The notes beneath the pieces were generated by a model. The model was not told the origin of the DNA. It searched no databases and worked only from the letters and a program-made list of their open reading frames with translations. DNA of 20,000 nt from the NCBI GenBank assembly GCA_013115125.1, contig JABANN010000099.1:54527-74526 (forward strand). The letters run 5' to 3'. Numbering within the stretch: the stretch's first letter is position 1; each line of letters starts with the position of its first letter. Of this stretch, positions 1 through 10,000 are shown piece by piece. Source of the stretch: Perkinsus olseni. Its lineage: Eukaryota. Both the position numbers and the translations under genes were made by a program.

Positions 1-531
1 GGTGTTCACTGCAATACCGTGTAGTCAGCCCGCGGGACAGTATCACGGTGATACACATGCAACTCGAATACCACATATGGGCCCCATATGAGGCCCCATA
101 TTATGGGGGCTGCATTTCACCTTCCCCTTTTGGTATCTCAGTTAGCTTGTAGTAGTTGTCCCATAGTGGTAGTATGGCTCCTACGATCCGGAGGCTACGG
201 ATAACCACAAAGATTATACTGACTTCGTTCCAGGTCTGAGCACGTGGCGACGGCGTCGCCACGACGCTACGGTGGAATGATTGCAAGGATGTTTCAGGCC
301 TCCTTCAGCTGTTCTACAACCTGTTTGATGTGCCGTAACGGCACTCCCGTGCGGTCAGTTAAAATAACTCAGTTCCTTGTGCTGCTGAGATCTATGCACC
401 AGTACGACGGTATACCGCAGTATCATCCGGACTATTGGATACTCCGCCATGGCTATGAAGCTACGCGCTGACTCCTCACTCGGGAGTCGGTACTCCTGAG
501 TCAGGAGTCACCCGAACACCCTGTCACCAAA

Positions 532-1003
532 ATGTCCATGTTCTCCCCAGGTTCCGTAGAGCTCGCCATGTGGGTCAGGCAACCAGAGCACCAGCTTAAG
601 ATCAAACAACTGTCGCTTGAACCCGGGAATCCCGAGCCGCGATACAGCATTTCGTGCTTGCTGAAGGCCTTCTTGGGTGGTATGGACTGGGAGTGTACGA
701 TTATTCGGAGTTTGCGAACGACTGCTACACGAATTACAAAATGTGCTTGAAGATGGCGAGGGAATTTCGATCCCTACAGTATGTACGGTACATAATGTAC
801 CCGTATATTGGTCTGCGCTCGCTGGTGACTCACCGGTGGTGAGCTTCACCGCATGGACAAGGTGTTCGTGCAACGTGCGTTTTTGGAACAACGCGGCTGA
901 GTCGTTACATTCTTCCCTGGAGCGTTTGATTGGCCATAGCCATCCAAATATACGGTTATTTCTTAAAAAGCTGAAGGTCTACCACGATTCCGTTAGAATA
1001 TAG
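532..1003 (+). mobile_element. Degenerate Mutator-like (MULE) transposase remnant, frameshifted
   Basis: NNAAESLHSSLERLIGHSHPNIRLFLKKLK resembles the C-terminal TNNxxExxH...HPNI motif of MULE transposases, which carries the catalytic Glu. Upstream similarity is weak and split across frames. Confidence 0.5.
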
Positions 1004-1740
1004 CTACATTGTAGTAAAATGGTTTTACGATAATCCCAGATAAAAGAGGGATTTTCACGGATCAACAGGCCGCCGCTTGTGGTGTCAGATCAGGAGTCCG
1101 CTTGCGTCTTTGAGTAACTGGGGTCACATTGCATTGGCTCACAATAAAGAAATTTTCTCTCCGCCAGTCGAACAGCGGTTGGCCGGTCGGTCGGTCGAGC
1201 GCGTTCAGAAGGCTCATGTCGGCGTGTACGTTAACACCATGTCACATGACCCTAGTGGAAGCCTGATTGCAGTATGTGTTGATAATGAGTGGCTTCTCTT
1301 CCTCACGCACGTGAGTCATAGTGCTATAGGCTGACCCTTCATCAAGTTCAGTCATCGTCATCCATGAGTCCGCGGATATGACCAGCAGACCGCGTAGCGA
1401 AGCACACGATTAGTCAATTGAGATATAACGAGGACGTACTGGACGCAGACTGAGACTGCAAACCTAGAAGAGCTGCGTTGCGCAAGTTGGGCAAATGGGG
1501 AAGTCTCGGCGTATAGTAGCCAGTAGAGCAGCTGGGGCTCACAGCCGTGTCTGAGTCAGACAGTCTGACACCTCTACCCTCACCACTGGTGAGTCACCAG
1601 CCATATAGGGGTTCCTGTTGATAGTGAGGTACGGGCAAGCTTTAGTCGGGCTGACAGTACATCTGGCTAGATGCCTAGCCGAAGTCTCGAAGGTTATTGC
1701 CGACTTGATTTGAAGCCGGAACGAAGGCGGGAAACGGAAG

Positions 1741-1815
1741 AAAAGTTTGAGAGCAGGGAAGTAAAACTTTTGGCAGGAGGAGAAAGTTTGGGAGGAGGGG
1801 TGGAAAGTTTGGGCA
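1741..1815. repeat. Degenerate purine-rich minisatellite, ~4 units of ~20 nt (AAAGTTTGGGAGGAGG-like)
   Basis: Units AAAAGTTTGAGAGCAGG, AAAACTTTTGGCAGGAGG, GAAAGTTTGGGAGGAGG and GAAAGTTTGGGCACG. Confidence 0.6.
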
Positions 1816-2258
1816 CGCGGAGTCATGCTTCCAAACTTGAGCGCTGATGGAGACCGTGATGAGGATGGCCAACCTTCAGCAAGCTCTGCTTCGCTGATGG
1901 GAAGTGCGATGGGTTATGAGCAAGTAAATCGCTCGACTTCCCGAGCTGAAAATCTTGCAGCTGACTTAGTTAGTATGGCTAGATGAGTGGTGTCACAGGC
2001 AAGGTCCCGTAGCAGACTGCTACTCGCAGTAACTGTTACGCAGCCTAGTTTACGCTGATCTTCTGGTCAACCTCATGGCCCGTACGGGCGGCCAGAAATT
2101 CTGGCCCAAAATATCACGGCCATATGCTATGGGCATACGACTGAAGAGTTCCCGAGTTAAAGTGGCAGGCTGCCACTGGCAGTGACCATAGGTTGCTGGG
2201 TTCGTTTCTGAGAAGGGTCCTGTTGTGTTATGCAGTTGGTGACCAAGCTTTACACTTG

Positions 2259-2309
2259 ACTTCAAGTTACACATTCGACCAACTGTTGGTCAAGTGTGTA
2301 GCTTAAAGT
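2259..2309. repeat. Imperfect inverted repeat, 25-bp arms (21/25), 1-nt centre
   Basis: ACTTCAAGTTACACATTCGACCAAC-T-GTTGGTCAAGTGTGTAGCTTAAAGT; all four mismatches are transitions. Confidence 0.9.
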
Positions 2310-3351
2310 TAGACAGTCGCGAACGGATCGCGGCTAGCCATATCAACAGTGCTACGATAGCAGTGCTACGGTAGCACTAATCCGTATTTGTAGAAGACCC
2401 AAGGCTTGAATCCGGTTGTGTTGTACGACAGCAGAGACCTGGTACGAGTCGTACCGTACGACCGTACAGTAGCAGAGGAGATCTCGCATCGTAAATTCAC
2501 GTATAGATGAGCCTAGGCTACGCATAGCACATTTGCGCGTAACTCTCCGATGGCCATAAAGGATGAATCTTTAGTAGATGTGGTTCAGTTTTTGGGAGTG
2601 ACATGCGGCATGTCGCATGCATAACATCCTCGTTGTTCCTGAGAGAAGCGTGCAAATACCGTGACAACCTCATTGCCGGGCTGCTCAATTGCTGACCTCA
2701 CCGATCTGAGTCAGATTCTCTGCCAGGCTGTTAAGTGAAGCTGTCGGGACGCACACAGCCGGAACAAGACAGCCCAATCTTGTGAGAGAAAGGAACACAC
2801 CTACGCCAAACAATCCCTCTACTGCGCGAAGCTGTCAGCATCCAGATAGAGCGCAAAATTTCAAATTTGGCTTCATCACTGTCAGCAACAGGTTAGGGCG
2901 CTTTAGTGGGCGAAATTAGTATCATGTTCCGTGTTCGCACGCCACGGCGCACGGTGTGCCAAAAATGGAAAGTGCCCTAAGAAAAAAACTCATTTTAGAT
3001 CTATATGAGTACAGTCGATCCACAAAATATCAAAGCCATATTCGCATTTGCTGACTCGCAGTGCGAGTCTCGCACTTTCGGCGGATAGTTTTACGTGTGT
3101 TTTCGCCACTCCCGTTCGTTTTGTATAGAGAAAAGTGCTACGATGAACTTCGCAGCCCGACGTTGCAAACCGTCTACTTTTTTCAACACCTTAGTTGATG
3201 TCGCGAATGAGTGGGACCCCGATGGTGTCCTCGGTTCTCCCAGACTCGATTTGACCTGGCGTGAACTGCTGATTCTTAAAAATGCTGCCTGTGGGAATCG
3301 AACCAGGAACCTTGGCGGAATTCCTCTTCATTCATCCCGAACTCATACCGT

Positions 3352-3738
3352 ATGAGCATTGCTGCCCCTCATGGAAACTACTTGCTTTATGCTTGTGGAG
3401 AAGAAGAGGGAACTAGCAATGCTTTCACGGGTATTGCCTTTTTGGTTAAAAACGAATTAGGGGATAACTGTGACTTCATCCCATCTAATCCAAGGTATGC
3501 AACACTCAGGCTGGAGGGTGTTTGCAGAAATGCGTCAGACCTTTGCCTGACAGGAACCTACTCACCCACGGAGTCTTCGGATGACGAGGGCGGAAAGGAT
3601 CGGTACCACCGTGGCTTGAGCAACCACATGGACTGGTGTAGGCGTCGTTATGGTGATAACCAACTCTTAGTGGGTGATTTCAATGCCCGAGTCTCTTATG
3701 AGGCTTACAGGAATCAAGGGGATGGTCACCATCCCTAG
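3352..3738 (+). mobile_element. Truncated non-LTR retrotransposon (RTE/LINE-like) APE endonuclease fragment
   Basis: Endonuclease motifs in order: GIAFLVKN, RYATLRL, YSPTESSDD..KDRY and LLVGDFNARV. The ORF stops before the C-terminal endonuclease motifs, and no RT domain follows. Confidence 0.8.
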
Positions 3739-3746
3739 CGGTCCTA

Positions 3747-3785
3747 GCGGCCTAAAGCCACCATCCGATGGTGGCTTTAGGCCGC
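3747..3785. repeat. Perfect inverted repeat, 19-bp arms, 1-nt centre
   Basis: GCGGCCTAAAGCCACCATC-C-GATGGTGGCTTTAGGCCGC, with further palindromes at 3719-3735 and 3780-3800. Confidence 0.95.
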
Positions 3786-4270
3786 CATCGGATGGTGGCC
3801 CCCAGAATTCACCGGATGCGCCGAACCCGTTTGGTAAGCTTATCACCTCGGTGAAATCCCGCGAATTCTCGGCTGTATAATACAAATCGCCAAGCTGGTC
3901 AAATTCCGTATAAACAAGGAATCGCCAAGGTTGGCGAGTTGGCGAAACTTAGTGCTCCGCTATCCGATGGTATGTTCCTCGTCCTTCGCGGGTTCAGGCT
4001 CCACGATCAGCTTTGACGATCCATCAAACGCAACACGACGCAACCGGTGAAACTTAGTCCTACGACATGACTCATGGCACGCTTGATGGAAGTCAACTGT
4101 CCACTCGTTCCATGTTCCACAATCCTAGCTCATGAGATGTCAGTCCCGGGAGGCCATCGTATCTAGAATATGTCGATGTGCACAGGAAGCAGCATACATG
4201 GCATCAGGCCAACCACAACCAGCGTAATGAGTTCCGATGCTCGACAACAAGGCGAGCAAGGGGTTCTCAT

Positions 4271-6696
4271 CTAAACCTCGTCACATAACAAACCAGAGCA
4301 TCGACTGGGATCCTCATCGAGTCCGAGTCACACGGACGCGGCCTACTCGGGATCGAGCTCATGTACGCGATCCTCGAAGTCGAGCCCCTGGAACCATCTC
4401 TGAGCTATCCATTTTGTTCCTGAAACCCAACGAGCTCTCAAAAAGGCAACGCCGACTCCCTACCCTTGAGAACAGGACAAGCGGCGTGCCGACTCGCAGG
4501 ATCGTGCTTCCCTTCAAGATCATAGCTATAGAACAGCACTGCACGGCCAAGTTTAGGAGGAACTCTTATGGTTCCCGGCATGTCCTCCTGCTGACAGCAG
4601 TTAGACAGCGGACGGCAGCGCTCATCATTGAACCTTTCGGATCCACGAGTTAATTAGAAAACCATAGCTGGCAGGAGGACCCGCTCCGCAACTTAGTACG
4701 GGATGAATATAGTGTGGCCTCCTTCCTCGACATCGGAAAGATAGGTTATGATGGTAGCAGGTCTCCACATAGCCGTGCCGCGTCCAGGCGTGCTGTCGTG
4801 ATGGATCTCGTATCTATGAGATGTACAGCTCACATACCGTCGACATGAGAGATGGCACTTCTGGCCTTCCGTGTATCGTCCTATCTGAAGGGTTTCCCCG
4901 AACTTATCGGGTATCCGAGCTGCCCGTTGGAAGCGCTTCAACACCCGTCTTAGAATGGGGTCTGTTTGACTAGCATTGGGATGAGTGTAGAACCTACGAA
5001 ACACTCCGAGATCTCGAAGGAGCCAAGTCTGCCGCCCAGCTCACTGCCAGCTGCTACGTATATCATCATCAGCTATGCCTCCGCCGCCCATACCACCAAT
5101 ACGGCCCAAAGTGAGGTTGTGCTCAGCCAGGCCGATAAGATGGCGGCATTCTTCAGGTGTGAGAAAGTTATCGGCTAGCTAGGACAAGCACTGGTCGTGT
5201 CTCACGGATAGAATTTCTCACGTAAATTCGCGGACGGTATTGACTTATGACTCGCCAGTCACCATGAGAGGAAGCGTGTGCGGTAGAGTGAGGAGGGAGA
5301 GGCAGGCCGTCGTGACGCGGGTCTTGCGGCCCAAGAACCTGCGAGGCAAATGACGTCGGAGACGGGGCCTGGCTAGTGGCTCACGTTGTAGTACGGCCCT
5401 GCTCTGAAGTAGCGGCGAACAAGCCACCTCTCCACGTCCGGTCGCGTGAGGGGGCAATCCCCCACCTCCTAAGGCTCGGAGACCAATTACCGGTCCCACG
5501 ACATCCAGGTTCGTACGACTCCATTAGCTTGGGTACCATCCAAATTAGTATTATACAGGAGAATCGCTCTACCTCGTTCTCTGGGTATTCGGAGCGGGCC
5601 ATCGAAGTTCGACGAGAGATACGGATCGCAACAGCGCCTGAGGCCAAGGGGGCCGCCGGAGCGCGCACAAGGGGTCCTACGCTTCTCCAGCGGAACACCT
5701 TTGCAGACTACCCATAGGGAACAACATATCTCCTCCATCATAGGGAGTCGAAGGCTGATGATGAGGAGCCCTCACAAGCGCCATCGGCTTAGATGTCACG
5801 CACCCCATTTAAGAACACAGTGATGCTCGCTATGCGGGGTTCTTCCTCATAGGGGTCAGACTCGTTATAGAAGGTGATGGGCCTAGAGTGGTTGAGCAGT
5901 GGTAAGGGTGACTTGTCACCCGCTGTACCCTGTACGTGACCCATGTATCTTCTCTACGATGAGGCCCTCGCCGAAGCGGTCGGGAATTCTAGCTAGCCGA
6001 TGCAACCTCTTGGTGATATGTTGGAGGAGCGGTAGTTGCTCCTCCTCTTCCGCGGTGAAGTACCTGCGGGCTTTCCGTGGTAATTCGGACACAGGTGTCT
6101 ACACTGCGCGAGTAGCGTGATATCGAAATCTGAACTGTCTGGGCAGCTCGCGACGTGCTCAGAGCGGATTGCAAGTCCTGAGCTCTTCCGCCCCTCTTCG
6201 ACGATACTACGCGCAGTGGTACCGCGATCGCCGGCACGATGGACGACCGCATGCGAGCTGTGCGAGCGGGTCTAGTTGTGCAGGTGATACTGCCTGCGCT
6301 ACTCGCGAGTCCTAGCCCTAGTCGGTTCACATGAAATATCGCGATTCATTCCCAATGACGTTATCGGCCTCCTCTTCCATCAAGCGAGGGGCAGCCATAT
6401 CGATGAGAGCAGCACCTGGCAGCGTCATGGACCATACCGGATTTCCTAATAACTGTGCCAGTGTGTCATTCTCAGCCTACATTCACCGTCCGTCAAGAGT
6501 CCGTCAACGAGGTAAATACGAGGCTTCTGCGAGAGAGTTCGCACATCAAGGGATGCAGCCTGACAGTCTCGACTGGGCAGGGCAATGAGAACGTGAGGGG
6601 TACCGGCTTCGGTAAATCATGTAGCGGCAACCGCTGCCACGCCGGACTGCTGCCGGTGGTGAAATATGTTAGCAAGAAGTGGAAGAATCCGGTCAT
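4271..6696 (-). CDS. Multi-exon prolyl 4-hydroxylase-like 2OG-Fe(II) dioxygenase with two tandem P4H domains
   Basis: Spliced domain 2 reads RPRIY|LADNFLTPEECRHLIGLA...IRSSW...GETLQIGRYTEGQK|YEIHHD (HxD at 4803-4795)...ATIITYLSDVEEGGHTIF...RVPPKLGRAVLFYS...SRHAACPVLKG|TKWIAQRWF. Domain 1 reads TLSQKPRIYLVDGLLTDGEC...RIASITVFLNG..DGGDMLFP...GRAILLYN...GDCPL..ERW. The start (ATG 6696, hydrophobic N-terminus), the stop (4271 or 4343) and the splicing at 6330-6130 are uncertain. Confidence 0.85.
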
Positions 6697-7048
6697 TCGG
6701 GGAGACCTCGTAAAATGTACAGCTCGCAACGGCGCAGGTCTGTTGTATTTGAAGCTCGAATTACCATGACAACATCTCGCAACGTGAAGACGAAGGACCA
6801 GCGAGAAGAGGAATGGCGTGAGCTATGTTTCCCGTTAACCAAGCCGTATCGAGCGGAACACGAGACGACAAGAAGGAATAAAACTCAGACGACCCGAAGT
6901 ACAACTCTGCACGAATAAAGCACCTGCAGCCGAAAGATCTCCACAGATGGTTGAATGCAGCCCCAGCGTCCAGGTCGGCACGCCTCCAACTCACCACACA
7001 ACACGAGGCGTCCATGTTGAAGCGCAAGCGAAAACAGTGATGAAAAAC

Positions 7049-10000
7049 TCAGCTTGACTGCACTATAGCCAGATCGACAGACCAGTGCTTGCCAATGACT
7101 ACTCCTGTCGGGCGTTTCATAGTTATGCGGTTCTCTGAAGTAGGACTTCTCTTGGCGGAGATGGTGGGGTTGTCCAGAATGCCTGGGGAGGGACGACGAG
7201 GATAATGGAATCACTCGGCACTGAGCCATTCCCGAGCGACGTGGATGAGAGTTGCCAAGTGTTTTCTATGATCACAACGTGGATGAGAGCGTGAATTTCA
7301 CACACAACCCTGTGGCCCACGGCACCTCCCACTCGCGAACTAGGCTCGAGGACGTCTGTGATGTACGTATTGTCAACGAGCAGTGGGCACACCGTAGCAG
7401 AGGATGACGAGCTTCTCACCTTTGCGAAGATTCTCAGGCAGTCCAATAATATCGATCCTCTCCACTGGTATATTGTAATCCCCCTTACCAGATATATCCG
7501 TACTGACGATGCTCTGACCATCAAACCTGCTTGAAATAATGAGAAGGGAACTCGAACGAGGTTTCCAGGTACCTTATAGTGCTGAGAGTGTAGTCGCCGC
7601 GATCGATAGTGTCCAAGCTAGTGCCATCATCAAGGTAACTAGAGCAAACCTCAGGGCTCAATAAGGGGAGATGGGGCACGTACATCTCCCCTTCAGCCTT
7701 ATTAGTATCAGGGTCCACGAAGACTTCGAGCGTGAGGGGGTCATTGACCATTGCCTTGGTGGAAGGGCGCTGTCGCATCTTCAACCTGACATTTAGTCCA
7801 TAGGATGCCCCATAGTGTCGATCGGCGTCCTCACGGTATGATGCTGCCAGCACGATAAAAATGTGGTATGACGTCCATGCTCACCGCGATGTTCTCGTTC
7901 ATGCCCACCGCCATCAACTAACAGGAAAGTCCCCGTATCCCATTCCTGGAGAAGCGTACCTCGTCCCTGGCATTATACCACTTCGTTCCCTCAGGGAAGT
8001 AAACAGAGACGTTATCGACCCCACTTTCCAAAACTCCTGTGACCATCACATCTCGACCAAGCACAACCTACAGGCGGATATTAACGGCCAGAGAACCCAA
8101 CGATCCTCTACCTGGGAGTCCAATATTTTGTCGCATCCTTCCACACGACACGCGTAGGTATTAGCGTCCTTCAGGTGGTCAAACCACAACGGACGCAAGA
8201 TGGCCTCCCCGTATAGCGAGTAGCGTGCGAAGAGGGTATACCAGAAGGGCAGCATTCGGTACCTTAGAGCGAAGCACCAGTCCCTCCAGTGCGATTGATG
8301 AAGTCCAGTATCACCGTTTTTGAACCGCCTCTTTGACACGGTTTCGAGCCGCCTCGCTATACTCCCACGGCTCCCTCCGCGGTGTTTCGATGTGAGCATG
8401 GGATCTGTCTCATCGCGTGGCAGATGCCAACAGCGGCTGCTCTGGGAATCGACTTGCCTGTAGAACGGATTGGTGGCTGCAGCGAGCTGATGCCAGCGAG
8501 TAAAGAGCTCCTCCTCAGGGTGGCCAAAGAAGCCTCCAACATCAGCCCCGACGAACGAGTAACTGCGACGCGAGCATCCACCACCGACCAAGGCAGCGCC
8601 CCAACCCGGCAGTTGCTGAGAGGGTGATGAGCATCGGTAGCACGGCCTGGAGGTGTGCCCAGTTGGCCTCGTTATCTCCCGTCCACATCGGGCCATACCT
8701 AACATCAGGGAAGGCTGACCACGATCGTTCCGGCGGCTCCCGTGAGCTACATGTGACTGCCAACGTAAAAGCTTCTGGTGAGGACGAATGGTCGTTGGCC
8801 TGGTCGACGGTGATTGGCGTGGCCCTCAAATGTCGCCCTATGGAAGTACTGTCCATATCTGAGAACGCATCGAGTATGACTGAGTCAGACTGAGTCAGAC
8901 TGACGGCAACCAGGTGTTCCACCGCGGCTGAGTTACGTATCAATGCCTGAAGTCTGATAGACTTACTGTTCACTCTCACTTACTCGTTATTGCGTTGGTA
9001 TTGAAAACGGGTGTCGGGTTCGAACCGAGTACATGTAAATTTTCCATTAGTATACTTCCGAGTTATACGCAAAAACGCGTCAAAGCAGCATGATGAATGA
9101 ATGACAAAGCGCGCCTTAGCAATAGGCCAGCGAGTGGTTGAATGTGCATCCCAGTTCTCTCACATGTTGTGCACGTCTCTGTGCTCCACGTTCCCACTGT
9201 GTATCAAATCACGGTCCATTGACACCTGACGAGGAGGCTACGCCGACCACACGTCTTAGCTTGGTGCAGCCCTACCTCCGGACCGTTGAAGACGCTAGGC
9301 TCGTTCATGTCGTTCCATGTGTAAAAGCCTGCATTAGTACCATCAGACTTGAAGTAACTACATCACCGGGGAGAGTGAATCCTAACGGAGGCTATTCGTC
9401 TCATCATTCGTCTAGCATGATGGATGCTATTAGCATCCATCATGGATGAACATTTCGCGCCATTAACGTGATACCCGTACCGATAAGTCATAGTGTGGCA
9501 ACAGAGGTGACTTGCAACACGCCGGAAAGCACCCTCATTTGGGCCTCACCTCGCCCACCACTCGCGGACGGTTGAATTGGTGAAGTCAGGGTAAACACTG
9601 GTGCCGGGCCAGCAGTGGCCATTGTAGACCTCGTCAGGCTTCTCCTTGTTCCATGTTGTTATCTCAACACACAACTCCTCCAAACGAGCTCATCAAAGCC
9701 GCACTCGCCTTACCATCTTAGGCCTCCAGTGGCCGCTGTAATCGGGATTGGGTCTAGTAGGGGCCACCCATTCACCATCCTCATCATCATTCCACTCCTC
9801 AGGCTTCACCTAAGGAGAACGGCTATCCACTGGAAGGATCCGTCGAGCACTCACTGCTTCGAGGTCCAAGATGGTCTCAGTGTCGTTCCAATTGGCTGAC
9901 ACAAAACAGCGTCGTGTACGCTACACGAATACTGAGCACCCCTGACGTGCCTCCAAGCCAGTCGTCCCCTCAGGGAAGCGTTAGAGGAGGGAGCGGGGCA

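Noticed and set aside
3667-3885. ORFs with PPSDGG repeats on both strands
   Set aside because: They are an artefact of translating the DNA palindromes at 3747-3800.
7850-7866. Apparent frameshift in GH31 near IPHF
   Set aside because: Recounting the A-run gives five A (7857-7861), which yields in-frame [12 protein letters not shown].
9008-9030. B-box-like GGTTCGAACC, possible tRNA
   Set aside because: It is an isolated intronic palindrome with no cloverleaf or A-box.
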